Positions 28,189-38,590 of a stretch of 64,000 nt of DNA are shown in pieces. The DNA is from a virus, in IMG/VR virus record IMGVR_UViG_3300028731_000007, positions 6,062-70,061 of that record. The stretch is one strand, 5' to 3'. A program made the translations under genes and the position numbers. How positions within the stretch are numbered: the stretch's first letter is position 1; the number at the start of each line of letters is the position of its first letter. Below the pieces are notes generated by a model. That model was not told where the DNA came from. It was given only the letters and a program-made list of their open reading frames with translations, and ran no database searches.

Positions 28189-28962
28189 TCAGCCCAATGG
28201 TTGTTGACCCATGTTAAAGAGTCGAGGATCAGCATCACTTAAGACCTCGTGTTCTAAGACCTGCTCTCTAGTCATATTGGCTTCTTGATCCTCGTTCAAA
28301 ACACCGGGCAACGATTCGTACATAAAGCCATCTGATTTAGAAGTCGATGGCGGACCGGCCTCTAATTGTTTTTGACCTTTCTTTTGCTTAGCATAGCTTT
28401 GGTTATCACCTTCTTCGCCAATCATTTGATAGCCGTCAAATAAGCCTGGCATCCCATCTGTATCCACAGTCGAATTAGCAATCCTAGGTTTAACTTTAGA
28501 TTTAACTTTAGATTTAAGTTTAAGTTCGGCCCTAGCTACTGGACGCTGCTTAGTATTAGGTCTACGCGTGGACTCTTCTAGTGCAGCGTTCTCCATGTCC
28601 ATTGTTAGGGGGTCGTCCTCAGCACCGGATTCAATACGAAACAAACGTAATGCAGCCTTAATCTTAAGATAGGCCTGGGCGTGGGCGTACTGAGCATCAG
28701 TTTGTTGGGTCGTCGGATTCTTGCTCACTGGTGTAGAACTAGCTGTAGTGTCCGTGCCCGTGTCTTTAACTGCTGTTTTATCCATAGCTGATTTAGGGCT
28801 AGTGCTAGTGCTTTCTTTGTTCTCAGTCGTTTCCCTGGTATCTTGCTGATGCTCTAACTGCTTTTCGTTCTGGGACTTGAAATCTGTAGCTGGTGCTATT
28901 ACGTCTGAATTCGACTCAGCAACTAGTCTGAATGCTGCCCTTACCTCGGTTTTAATTTGCAT
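28189..28962 (-). CDS. Putative internal virion protein with two AAxRL motifs
   Basis: EVRAAFRLVA and KIKAALRLF; low-complexity charged sequence. Confidence 0.7.
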   Translation of the reverse strand: MQIKTEVRAAFRLVAESNSDVIAPATDFKSQNEKQLEHQQDTRETTENKESTSTSPKSAMDKTAVKDTGTDTTASSTPVSKNPTTQQTDAQYAHAQAYLKIKAALRLFRIESGAEDDPLTMDMENAALEESTRRPNTKQRPVARAELKLKSKVKSKVKPRIANSTVDTDGMPGLFDGYQMIGEEGDNQSYAKQKKGQKQLEAGPPSTSKSDGFMYESLPGVLNEDQEANMTREQVLEHEVLSDADPRLFNMGQQPLG

Positions 28963-29048
28963 CTTAACCGCCTGTATGTTTACGTGCTTAGTGTTTGTAC
29001 TGTGGTGTGTTATAGTAAATAGAGGGTATAACGAACGTCAGGGCCATC

Positions 29049-29834
29049 ATGTACAATCCAAATTACAATAATATAAAACCGGGGCACCTGAAATGGTGGG
29101 TAACCGTTGATCAAGTGCCTGAGAAAGTTTTCAAGGACGTAGAGAAATTAACTGGAAAATTCAAGATCGAGGACTGGACGGCTAAAGATGATGACGCGTT
29201 AAAGACCCAAATTTTGAAGTTCAAGTCTAGCAAGCAAATTACGCATTGGTTGCCTGCAGCCTTCTATGAACTAAAATTGACCAATCCTCGTCTTTGGAAT
29301 AAATTCTGGTATTTAAATAGAGGCTATCTTCTCATCTTGGAACTAATGCTAAATGACCAAGCCAAGACCGTAAATGCTAGCGAATGCTTGGTAAAGAAGT
29401 CGAAGATGACACCTGAGTTAAAAACATTCTTTGCCCGAACCTGCATTCAAGGAAGTCCAGAAACGCAAACAGTGATATCTCTTGTTCAGGGCTCTGCTGT
29501 TGTAGCCGCATTAGCCTTTAAAAAATTAACTGAAAACGGTGGCTACGAATTACTAGCCTATGGATCATCACTACGTATTCAAGGACTGGTACCGAAACTT
29601 AAAGAGGCCCTGTTGAAACTGACGGACGCCAAGTACATAATTTCGTTTAGCGTCAACTCAACTTCAACAGGGAGTCTGCAAAAAGCATTAGGTTTTACCA
29701 AACTAAAAGACGTGGGTCCCGAAACAAAAGTTTGGTACGGTCCTAATCTAGTAGGTTCTAAAACTGGAGACTATGAAGTAGGACTACCCTCATTTGTTGA
29801 CGCAGGTAAAACCAAGTGGAAGCTAGAGTTTTAA
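29049..29834 (+). CDS. Hypothetical protein, possible GNAT-like C-terminus; lone plus-strand gene in the structural block
   Basis: RIQGLVPKL...SVNSTS...QKALGF resembles GNAT motifs A/B; own AGTAAATA motif upstream. Confidence 0.6.
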   Translation: MYNPNYNNIKPGHLKWWVTVDQVPEKVFKDVEKLTGKFKIEDWTAKDDDALKTQILKFKSSKQITHWLPAAFYELKLTNPRLWNKFWYLNRGYLLILELMLNDQAKTVNASECLVKKSKMTPELKTFFARTCIQGSPETQTVISLVQGSAVVAALAFKKLTENGGYELLAYGSSLRIQGLVPKLKEALLKLTDAKYIISFSVNSTSTGSLQKALGFTKLKDVGPETKVWYGPNLVGSKTGDYEVGLPSFVDAGKTKWKLEF

Positions 29835-29871
29835 AAGTAGGGTGGGTAGGGTACCCTACCCACCCTACTTT
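29834..29871. terminator. Perfect 38-bp palindrome between convergent genes; probable bidirectional terminator
   Basis: AAAGTAGGGTGGGTAGGGT|ACCCTACCCACCCTACTTT. Confidence 0.8.
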
Positions 29872-29882
29872 GGCACCAACAA

Positions 29883-31835
29883 TCATTGAGGAGTAACTTG
29901 CGAGAGCGCTTCTGTAAAGGATACACCCTGTTGACTAATAACTACTTGGAGGTTAATAATATGCGTTGGCACCAGCGGAATTACGATCACCGTCACATTT
30001 CTAATTCCAGAATTAAAATCCTGAGCCGTATTATTCGAGTTGTCACTAACAACAGTGAAACTAGAAATACCCCGAGCATTCTGAATAGATTGCAAGTAAT
30101 CAGTACACGAGGCTACGATCTGACGGCCTAGAAAATCATCATTAGGTTCCTGCAGGGCGTATAGCAAGAAGTTATACAACGCTGTCTTCATCACGTTGAC
30201 GATTCGCCGTACACTAACCCATGACAGGGCACTAAATTGAGCAGCTAATGTTTGTTGTTCCCACAGAGCCGTACCTTGACCGATGAATGTTTGCGTGTAA
30301 TTAATCTGCGCATCAAACAGGTCATCCATCTGTCCAGCATCATAGGTGTAACGGGTACCCAATACATTGACGATACCTCGGTTTAAGCCCGCGATACTGA
30401 AAGATGGATTGGCCACGCGGTCTGTACGTGCACACAGGGCTGCAGCCCAACCAGAGAACGGCACATACTGTTGCTTGCCATTAATCGTATCTGCTTCCAA
30501 CATATCGGGGCTAAAGATCGCGCTGTACGTTGAATTAAGATTAAGCTGCAGATTCCTATAGTTCAAGGCATTCTGGAACTGCTGGCTAGCACTTGGCATA
30601 TCAATTAAAGATACACAATCACCACGAGATTGAGCCAGTGTATCCATTGCTAGTTGAACGGTGGGCGTCGAGTTACCCGAGTTCAGCAATATATTGATCG
30701 AATACAATTGTTTATTCTGGAACGTCGACCACGCAGCTGCTACGTCATACGGTGTAGGAGCTGTTCCCGAGTCACCGCCAGCCATTGCAGTGGAAGCCAC
30801 GCTATCAATAGGCGGCAAGTCAACAGGATAGCCAGGAAGCGCCGGTACATTGGATGTCACTTGAATATACTGAGAGAACGGGTTAATCCGCTGCTCCAAT
30901 TCGGTCTCCATACCCGTGCTATCCGTGTAATCAATTAAAGAGCAGTTGAACTGTTCCACAGGGTAATTCAGACTCTGGCTCAAACTATAAACGTTTAGGC
31001 CGAAAGTGGGGCTGGGTGCTGCAACATTGGCCGGACTGGTAATAGGCAGAATCGCAGGATTGGGGATCAGTGCCCCTGTATCGATGAAGCTCGATGTACC
31101 CTGCCCAATCGTTGCCATAAGCCCGTAGGTGCCCCCAGTAACCCGCCCATACAGGTTATAACCGATGGCATTGGGGTCAATCACCCAGGTTACGGTCACC
31201 GTATTCGTCACACCCATACCACTAATAATGATCTGGGCAGGAGCTGAGGCCAGGGTCTCACCTGCGGGACCCAAGCTAGAGACCTGGTACTGGTAGGTAC
31301 CGGCTACTAGGGTGCCGCCTGTCAGGGCTGAGGCTAAGGTAGGTTCGGCTGGTTGCTGAAGATTAGAGCTAACAATCGAGATTGCTAGGTTATCCCCGTA
31401 GCTTCCGGGTCCCAAATTCGGGTAGAACAGAGCCAGTGCTTCGTTAGTAGAACCTACAGGCAGAATAGCTGCCCAATCGGGTTGGGTAGGATCGACAATA
31501 CCTGCTGCAATTGGCGTCAAATAGGTTAAGACGCCATCGCTCCACATGAGAACTGATGAGTAAAGTGCACCTTCACCAACAACTCTAAGGCCCCAGAGTT
31601 GATTACCTTCACTGAAATAATCTAAGGCGCAGTAGACGTCGAAACTGATCTGCGCATTTGGATTACCATACTGGCTCAAATAGTTCTGACCATTGGTGAA
31701 TAGTTTAGGACTAGTCGATCCTTGGTTGGATACTATAACTTGGGCTACTACGGATGTTGAGGCCGAGGTAATAACTTGAGAGAGATTAATTTCCTGGATT
31801 ATTACCTTACTCGACTGCTGTGCTGAGATGGTCAT
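29883..31835 (-). CDS. Tail sheath protein
   Basis: 650 aa; KVIIQEINLS, YGNP, GSYGDNL, PFSGWAA.L.A.TD, SIAGLNRG, QINY, WEQQTL, VSVRR, EPNDD sheath motifs. Confidence 0.92.
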   Translation of the reverse strand: MTISAQQSSKVIIQEINLSQVITSASTSVVAQVIVSNQGSTSPKLFTNGQNYLSQYGNPNAQISFDVYCALDYFSEGNQLWGLRVVGEGALYSSVLMWSDGVLTYLTPIAAGIVDPTQPDWAAILPVGSTNEALALFYPNLGPGSYGDNLAISIVSSNLQQPAEPTLASALTGGTLVAGTYQYQVSSLGPAGETLASAPAQIIISGMGVTNTVTVTWVIDPNAIGYNLYGRVTGGTYGLMATIGQGTSSFIDTGALIPNPAILPITSPANVAAPSPTFGLNVYSLSQSLNYPVEQFNCSLIDYTDSTGMETELEQRINPFSQYIQVTSNVPALPGYPVDLPPIDSVASTAMAGGDSGTAPTPYDVAAAWSTFQNKQLYSINILLNSGNSTPTVQLAMDTLAQSRGDCVSLIDMPSASQQFQNALNYRNLQLNLNSTYSAIFSPDMLEADTINGKQQYVPFSGWAAALCARTDRVANPSFSIAGLNRGIVNVLGTRYTYDAGQMDDLFDAQINYTQTFIGQGTALWEQQTLAAQFSALSWVSVRRIVNVMKTALYNFLLYALQEPNDDFLGRQIVASCTDYLQSIQNARGISSFTVVSDNSNNTAQDFNSGIRNVTVIVIPLVPTHIINLQVVISQQGVSFTEALSQVTPQ

Positions 31836-32200
31836 TATGCGTTCTCCGTTTTCGTGGGCGTTGCACTAGCGGAGGACTGAGCTGCACTAGAGGCCGTAGT
31901 TGCTACAACAGTCGCGGGAATTGGAACTGGAACTGGAGCTGTCACCGTCTTTGATTGAGCCATAGTCCGGGGCTTTGAAGAATTGGTCTTGACCGGAGGC
32001 TTACTATTAGAAGTGCTAACCGTTGTTGGCGTGAACGATTTCACCGTATTCGGATGCAGGGCTTCCCAGTTAGGATCAACAACAAATCCTGCAGGTAGAT
32101 CAACACGTCCCTTAGGACTAATACGGGCACCGCCTTTGATTCCTGACGAATTAATCGTGTCCGGAAACTGACTTACTTTAGTTAAGTTAACGACTCTCAT
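31835..32200 (-). CDS. Hypothetical protein with S/T/A/P-rich tail
   Basis: Coupled stop/start overlaps on both sides. Confidence 0.7.
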   Translation of the reverse strand: MRVVNLTKVSQFPDTINSSGIKGGARISPKGRVDLPAGFVVDPNWEALHPNTVKSFTPTTVSTSNSKPPVKTNSSKPRTMAQSKTVTAPVPVPIPATVVATTASSAAQSSASATPTKTENA

Positions 32201-32880
32201 TACTGCTCCTCTGTAGGGAAGGCGAAGAACTGCGAGCTAACAATTTGGCTGTTCACGCCTCCGATTTGTGCATTCACATTGATTTGATTCGTCTTGCCCA
32301 TTTTTGCAGTGTAGGGTTCACTGATATAGCCGTGGATAGTGGCTAGTACAGTAATTTCGTATTTCGTTTCTTGCTCTACGATATTTTCACGCTGAGGAAT
32401 ATTGATTGACTCAGCTAGCGTCAGGCCTATGCCGAATTGTTTCAAGCCATAGTCCACACTGAACTTTAAATAGCCTGCTCTTCTGGCTAGGAGCCATCGT
32501 CGGACAAATGCCCTAACCGATCCTTGCTCTATAGAATCAAATTTGTTGGTTACGTAGGTCACTTCGATGTCGAAATTAGTGGGTTGAATCCGCGCCATTT
32601 GAATTGTGTCGTCAGATCTCACACCAATCCTAATTCCCCTACGTACCCATTGATGAGGGTTATAACTTTCGTTGTTGACGCTAGTCGTCTGGATCACAAA
32701 ATAAGCATAGGGATAAGTCAGCGTCTTTCCCTGACCGAATAGCGCATCTAGGACCTTCGTCTTATCGTTCTGGTTAATGAACGCACATTTAGCACAACCG
32801 AATACTTGCTGGAATCGTTGAGCAAATCCCTCCATCACAAACATGTCCAGGGGTTGTACTGAAGGATCACTCATAAGCAA
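32200..32880 (-). CDS. Putative tail completion/terminator protein
   Basis: Position upstream of sheath; YPYAYF...ESYNP pattern; AGGAG RBS. Confidence 0.5.
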   Translation of the reverse strand: MLMSDPSVQPLDMFVMEGFAQRFQQVFGCAKCAFINQNDKTKVLDALFGQGKTLTYPYAYFVIQTTSVNNESYNPHQWVRRGIRIGVRSDDTIQMARIQPTNFDIEVTYVTNKFDSIEQGSVRAFVRRWLLARRAGYLKFSVDYGLKQFGIGLTLAESINIPQRENIVEQETKYEITVLATIHGYISEPYTAKMGKTNQINVNAQIGGVNSQIVSSQFFAFPTEEQ

Positions 32881-32904
32881 CTCCTTTGTGTAGTACTAAA
32901 ACTA

Positions 32905-32955
32905 AAACTAAAAGAAAAAGGGCACGGCGGTTCGAATCACCGGCGTGCCCTTCTT
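32905..32955. terminator. Intrinsic terminator (strong on minus strand)
   Basis: AAGGGCACG...CGTGCCCTT stem; minus-strand tail TTTTTCTTTTAGTTTTAG. Confidence 0.75.
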
Positions 32956-32980
32956 TGTTGAAACTTTTGACTATGGATTA

Positions 32981-33400
32981 TTACTTTTTCTTGGTAGGAA
33001 TCAATTCAGCCAAGGCTTTAGCAAACAGAGCTTTAGCCAATGCCTCTTTATCATCCGTCTTATCCTCGTCCTCAACAGCCTCGTCTTCTACTTCTTCAGG
33101 CTCGCCTTCGGGTTCGGCTTCAGCCTCAACCTCTTTACCCTCTTCGTCTTGGTCACCAACCAGATGATCCAGAGCTTTTTCTTCAGCCGCTTTTACCTTA
33201 ACTTTCTTGGCATTAGCCGTAGCCTCTACCTTGGCTGTGTAGGCCTGAGCATTATTATGCTCAAGAATAGCGATAGCCGACTGCACGTCCGGTTGGCTAA
33301 GAGCTTTAGCAAAAAGAGCTGCTGCCGTTTTAGGCTTGCCCTTTGATGCTTGCTCCATGGCCAATACCACGTAGTCCAAGGACTTGTTGTAAGTCTTCAT
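32981..33400 (-). CDS. Hypothetical head-associated protein with acidic C-terminal half
   Basis: AAGGA RBS; VEA/VKA sites; E/D-rich. Confidence 0.75.
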   Translation of the reverse strand: MKTYNKSLDYVVLAMEQASKGKPKTAAALFAKALSQPDVQSAIAILEHNNAQAYTAKVEATANAKKVKVKAAEEKALDHLVGDQDEEGKEVEAEAEPEGEPEEVEDEAVEDEDKTDDKEALAKALFAKALAELIPTKKK

Positions 33401-33451
33401 GATTCATTCCTTTTGAATTCGGTAATTGTAAGGTTCGACGTATTTTGAGCA

Positions 33452-34492
33452 CTAAATCAACAACTTTAAATTGAGCAAGCGTGTAATCTCATTTTTAGTC
33501 CAGAACTTTTCAGTGGGGTAAAACATCCCATCGATATGAACATAAGTCTTGTACTCGGCAAAATGCAGACTTGCAGCTTCCGCTTTAGCACGGTTCTCTA
33601 TCAGAGCTTCTTCTTTGGGCATCCAGTGATAATCTCTTAACCCTAGAGACGACAAATCTTTAATCTCTATATAAGTATCTCCAACCTTAAAATCTGGAGA
33701 ATACTTAGCCATTCTATTTAGTCTTGGATTAAAATAATCTACTGATTCCTTGGGTTCATATACTATGTCGTCAACGGGAGTAGCCCTGTGTTTAACTAAA
33801 TGCTCAACAAAGGCTTTCTCGATCAACGACCTAGTATTGAAATCCTTACCATTAATTCTGAACTTAAACCATATGTGATTTGGGTGGCAGATAGGACATA
33901 TTCCAATAGTTTTTAGCTTGAAGAGAGTTTCAGGTTGATGACTTACCTTATGCCCACATTTAATATATTGATGCAAGATCGGAGTCTTCGTACCTTTATA
34001 CTTCTCTATGACACGTATGTTATTACTACGTTCTGTCACTTCAGCTACATAAACATCATTCGGTTTCTTAACCCAAGGTCTACACTTGGAGCACGGATCT
34101 ATGCACATATTGAAACAAGACAATCGCATGTCGAACACAAAACCGCAGTTATGCTTGTAGGTGAAAACAGTGCTATCTTTACTGCCTTCACCTTCTGTAA
34201 TTTTTATGCATTTGTAGTCACCTTTACCTGCACTTTTTAGATGTTCGGTATAAGTTTTAGGCGTTCTCTTAACTTTGTAGAACTGCCGTTTATGAGTACA
34301 TCTACATGCGTGTCCCATCTTACTGTGCTTGCATTCAACAATCCGCAACTCATTACAAGCATTACATTTAACCTCAAACTTGCGGTCACCCAAGACCCTG
34401 AGCAACTTATAGTTAAACGTTACTGAATACTTGTGAGCATAGTCCTCAGGACTAAGTGGTTTAGGTCCAGTCTTTGCCATTATTCTGTCCAA
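33452..34492 (-). mobile_element. Free-standing putative homing endonuclease (Zn-ribbon repeats plus PD-(D/E)XK domain)
   Basis: Repeated KCxxC / HNCG / KCGH...CPIC modules; YSPDFKVGDTYIEIK nuclease motif; inserted directly after the capsid gene; start may be ATG 34480. Confidence 0.7.
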
Positions 34493-34638
34493 TAATATTT
34501 AATTTGATGAGGTAGATTAGTCCGGACAGGAACCAATCAGGGCCGCTAAACCTTTTCCCTCAAACTCGTTCAAGCTTCTGATAGAGAACCGCGCTAAACA
34601 CGGAGTCTTAAGGCTTATTGTTGATTAAACGTTGGTGC

Positions 34639-35730
34639 CTACACACGTAAACCTTTCGCGACGGATCTGCTGTTGGCGATAGACACGGCCAAACTTTCAT
34701 ACATCACCCATCCGCGACCCGGAATACGCTCAATAGAAATGTCGATAGGTTGCGATTGCAGGCCACCACGATCCGAGTAAGCACCGTGATTCAATGCATC
34801 GGCAATGACGAAGAACTCACCTTGGTTCAACACCTTATGTTCCGGATGACGATAAGCGTCCGAAGTAATCGTGCAACCATACATCACACCCAGTTCACCG
34901 GTCAGCAACAACTCGTGACGTGCAACCGGATCAATGGCGGCAAAGAAATCCGAATTACCGATGATGTCCTGATAGATATCGGTAGCGATCAGGACATGCG
35001 GTGCTTTCAGGCCCCAGCGCGTAACGTTCGTCATTACTTGAGCGAACGTGTAGGGCGTAAGCTGACCTGAGATAATCGACAGCGGATTATCAATACCTAC
35101 GATCTGATTCACCTGGTTGTACCACAAGCGATCTTCACCCACCATGATTGCTTCGGTTGCTTCAACATACTTCTCTTGCAGAACGTCGCCAGCTGATTGG
35201 TTCAACTCGTTCATCGGAATAAACGGACGAGTAACGACTTGCATTTCCGGCGGTGTAAACCATTTATCGCGAGTGATCTGCGACTGAATCTTGGTGGGGC
35301 TAGTCGAGTACACAGCCGTTACGTTTTTAGTACGCAAGGGGAACCGTGGGATAGCGCCTTGCTCGACGGTAATCTTCGTCAAGTACTTGCGCATAAAACC
35401 CTGACGATTTGCCGTGATATACAAAGAATCGCTAATCTTTTCACCCAAGACACGATGGGCTTCTTTGTCGTTGAACGCTGCTTGCACTAGTTCGCGACTA
35501 AGCTTGACTTGTTGCTCTGCGCTAGCAAATACACCATCAGCAGCCAAGGAACCATTCGAGGATGCAGCCAAGAACTTTTGTTGGCGGTTAATAAGGTCAC
35601 GTTTATCCGATGCATTAATTTCACCGTTACGACCAATTGCACGCTCACCTTCTTGCATGCCGTCGAAACGATACTCGGATGCTGCCACCATTGGCGTCTT
35701 CGACGCCCGAACCTGAACTTTTGTACGCAT
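34639..35730 (-). CDS. Major capsid protein (HK97 fold)
   Basis: 363 aa; scaffold-decoration-MCP order; PFIPMNELNQ...EAIMVGEDRLW and GELGVMYGCTI patterns; GGAG RBS. Confidence 0.85.
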   Translation of the reverse strand: MRTKVQVRASKTPMVAASEYRFDGMQEGERAIGRNGEINASDKRDLINRQQKFLAASSNGSLAADGVFASAEQQVKLSRELVQAAFNDKEAHRVLGEKISDSLYITANRQGFMRKYLTKITVEQGAIPRFPLRTKNVTAVYSTSPTKIQSQITRDKWFTPPEMQVVTRPFIPMNELNQSAGDVLQEKYVEATEAIMVGEDRLWYNQVNQIVGIDNPLSIISGQLTPYTFAQVMTNVTRWGLKAPHVLIATDIYQDIIGNSDFFAAIDPVARHELLLTGELGVMYGCTITSDAYRHPEHKVLNQGEFFVIADALNHGAYSDRGGLQSQPIDISIERIPGRGWVMYESLAVSIANSRSVAKGLRV

Positions 35731-35815
35731 CTTAATACTCCGTTATTTTGTTTAAGTTAGGACCACTAATTAAATGATTAACCTTAGTGATCCTAAATTT
35801 GTTCTTAACTAGTTA

Positions 35816-36517
35816 TCAATTCGAGGCCGAGAACTCAATACCCAACCACGGATAGTCTTGACCCGGAACAGCAATAACCGAACCAGGAATACCCACATTC
35901 GGGCCAGCAGTAGTGTTAGCCAAAGTAACTTGACCACTCGCACCCAAGGCCAATTGCGTAGCAGTAGTCGAACCCGCAGCAGCCCAGTTTTGCGAAGCAT
36001 CGAATTCCGAGGTGAAGATGACACCGCGAGTAGCAACGCCGATTTGACCCACGTAGGCACCGCTGTAACCACCCGGTTGAACATCACCAAACAAGGCCCG
36101 TTCTTGAACAATGGTCAGGCTGTACTTGTAGGTAACGTTCACCGTGTCACCAGCGGTCAGGCCCGTGACCTGATTACCAACAACCGTCGGGCTAGTAACC
36201 GGAGCATTAGCCGTAACGTCGAATACGAAAACCTGACCAGAAACCGGCGTCAGGCTCAACGTAATTGCCCCCGTCGACGGAACCAGGAATTGTTCTACTT
36301 TGTTGTAATACGATTCAGGGAAAGGCAAGGCCGAGGTACCGGCAACAACGAACCCTTGGAAAATATCAGATGCGGTACCCGTCGATACCAAAACACCGGC
36401 CGAAGTATTACCTTGAGTACGAACCAAGGCCTGGCCTTCAGCCAAAAAGATTGCGCCGGGTGCAGTCAGCATCTCGGTCGAATCGGAGAGTCGAGTTCCT
36501 GGAAAATACAAGCTCAT
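35816..36517 (-). CDS. Putative capsid decoration/cement protein
   Basis: G/T/V-rich, directly upstream of MCP; AGGAG RBS. Confidence 0.6.
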   Translation of the reverse strand: MSLYFPGTRLSDSTEMLTAPGAIFLAEGQALVRTQGNTSAGVLVSTGTASDIFQGFVVAGTSALPFPESYYNKVEQFLVPSTGAITLSLTPVSGQVFVFDVTANAPVTSPTVVGNQVTGLTAGDTVNVTYKYSLTIVQERALFGDVQPGGYSGAYVGQIGVATRGVIFTSEFDASQNWAAAGSTTATQLALGASGQVTLANTTAGPNVGIPGSVIAVPGQDYPWLGIEFSASN

Positions 36518-36636
36518 GATGTGAAACTCCTGTTTGGAATTTGTAAATAATTAGGCAGCGGGAACTATAAAACTTGAAGTGTTAATTAAGTTCCCGTCAC
36601 CATTAAATTAAGGATTGTGTGAACTTAGACTTAGGA

Positions 36637-38280
36637 TTAAGCAAAAGGCAAAGGAGCTTTACCCGAAAGCACGGCCGCAGCATTTACCGAATAACCGGTT
36701 GAGCTTGCCTTTACTTCGTTGATACGGCGATGAATCGGTCCACGCAACAGCGCTGCTTGAACCGTGTTGGGGGCCTGTTCTTCTGCAAATTCATCGTTGA
36801 ACTCGTCATCAGAATCACCAGCAGCGAATTCCGATTGAAAATCCGGGCTAGCCGAGTCACCGAACAAGTCTTCTTCGTCATCAGTGCTGGTGCCTGCTTC
36901 ATCGCTAGTCATGTCCAAGGCAGATGCAAATGCATTACGTTGAACTTCAGGCAAGCCCGAAAGTTTGTTAGCAACAGTGAGAATCGATTTAGCGTAATCC
37001 ACACCGTAGCTAGCAAATACCCGACGAACTAACGACACGCCACCGCGAACACCTGCAGCCTGCAATTCTTCTTCTAGGGCTGCACGCAGTTCATTGCGCG
37101 TATCCTTGAAGTACTGTTTGTTGATGCCAACAGCAGCAATTGCCAAGCATTGATTCAGGGCATCGTTAGAAACTTGATTAGAACGACGAACGGCAGCTGT
37201 CAATTTAGCGGCTTTAGCCTCAACACGTTTGTTCAGTACTTCTTGAGAACCTACGTTGACGGTGGCCAGTACAAATCCCATCTTTTTCAAGCCCGCACGC
37301 AAGCCATGTTTTTGCATCTCAACTTCAGTTACTTCCTGGAATTGATCCGACAAATACATGTCGCCATGACCCGCTTTTACAGCTACTTTTTTGCCCAGAG
37401 ATGCAACAATACGATTAGCTTTAATTGCGTGAACTCGGGTCCCCACAGTAGCGAATACAACGTCGTCGCCTTCATCATCCGTACCATCTACGTCCAACAA
37501 GGCTACGTTGTCTGCTTTATCAGCAACGGGTGCAACTTCAAGCTCATCCGAATCTTCAGTGTCCGTGTCCGTGTCGTCTTCGTCGTCAAACTCCGAATTA
37601 ACTTCTTCGGCGTCACCGGCGTCCCAGTTATCATCAACTTCCAACAGCGATTGAGGATTGTCACCGTCTTTCAATTCGACTTCCTCGTTATCGAAATCGG
37701 CATCGACTTCATCTGCTTCCTCCGTATCATCCGAATCTTCAGTGTCAGTGTCTGCATCTGAGCCAACCGTCAAATAACCGGCAGCAGGATCAACTGCATT
37801 CGGAAGATTAGTGGTTGCTTGCTGGCCCGGTACATTCGGATCGTTGTCAGCCTTAACTTTATTGGCTTTCAAGGTTCCAGAATCAGGACCACCGGCTTTA
37901 AAATTAGCATCAGCATCGGGACCTTTAACCGTATCTAGATCAACTTCATCAGCTGCATCATCAGCGTCCAATCTGGCTTGCGCAGGATGTTTCTTGGGCG
38001 AAACCTTCGACAGAGGAACTGGTTTAGTTTTACCCGGCTTAGCCGCTGCCGTGGTTCGACCCCCGTTGTTCATCTTCGATTTCTTGTTGTATTCTTCGTT
38101 GTTATTGAAGTGTGTAGAACCGCCTTCGTCGTCCTCCGGATCAGTCAGAGTTTCCGGCACTTGATGGTTCAAAGCCTGTTGACCATTATCGTCAGCGGGC
38201 TTCGTCGTGTTATTTGGAAAATGCGTGCTGGTGCTAGACTGGGCTTCAGCTTCGACTTTCCGCTTGGTACCGATGGTCAT
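36637..38280 (-). CDS. Putative capsid scaffolding/core protein
   Basis: Highly acidic low-complexity segments; located between prohead protease and capsid genes. Confidence 0.6.
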   Translation of the reverse strand: MTIGTKRKVEAEAQSSTSTHFPNNTTKPADDNGQQALNHQVPETLTDPEDDEGGSTHFNNNEEYNKKSKMNNGGRTTAAAKPGKTKPVPLSKVSPKKHPAQARLDADDAADEVDLDTVKGPDADANFKAGGPDSGTLKANKVKADNDPNVPGQQATTNLPNAVDPAAGYLTVGSDADTDTEDSDDTEEADEVDADFDNEEVELKDGDNPQSLLEVDDNWDAGDAEEVNSEFDDEDDTDTDTEDSDELEVAPVADKADNVALLDVDGTDDEGDDVVFATVGTRVHAIKANRIVASLGKKVAVKAGHGDMYLSDQFQEVTEVEMQKHGLRAGLKKMGFVLATVNVGSQEVLNKRVEAKAAKLTAAVRRSNQVSNDALNQCLAIAAVGINKQYFKDTRNELRAALEEELQAAGVRGGVSLVRRVFASYGVDYAKSILTVANKLSGLPEVQRNAFASALDMTSDEAGTSTDDEEDLFGDSASPDFQSEFAAGDSDDEFNDEFAEEQAPNTVQAALLRGPIHRRINEVKASSTGYSVNAAAVLSGKAPLPFA

Positions 38281-38548
38281 AGTGTTCCTCGCTCAAAAGT
38301 TAATATGTAGGGATTACAATGACGCGCGTCCTAATAATCTCACATACAGTAAAATTAACGTATGTGCGGAATTAAGAATCGGAATTTGAATTACAAATGC
38401 TGGGGATTGATAACTGGATTTTAAATTTAATTAATAACTACGAATAATTATTAATTAAGCTGTAGGACGAATGTGGGTGCCGAGTATTTATAATTAAATA
38501 CTGGAAATTGAAGAGTGAGGAGTGAAGAGTTAATAACGCATTGAGGAC

Positions 38549-38590
38549 AAAAAGAAAGCCACCGATTTCATTTAAGAAAAGGGTGGCTTT
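38549..38590 (-). terminator. Intrinsic terminator after prohead protease
   Basis: AAAGCCACC...GGTGGCTTT then CTTTTT on the minus strand. Confidence 0.7.

Noticed and set aside
28487-28525. 12-bp tandem repeat (TTTAACTTTAGA)
   Set aside because: Coding low-complexity KSKVKSKVK segment; in-frame and unremarkable
32921-32950. GGTTCGAATC resembles a tRNA T-loop
   Set aside because: No D-arm, anticodon arm or acceptor stem upstream; it is the loop of a terminator hairpin
34493-34638. Group I intron or c-di-GMP riboswitch after the capsid gene
   Set aside because: MCP frame ends normally; no P7/catalytic core or riboswitch consensus recognised
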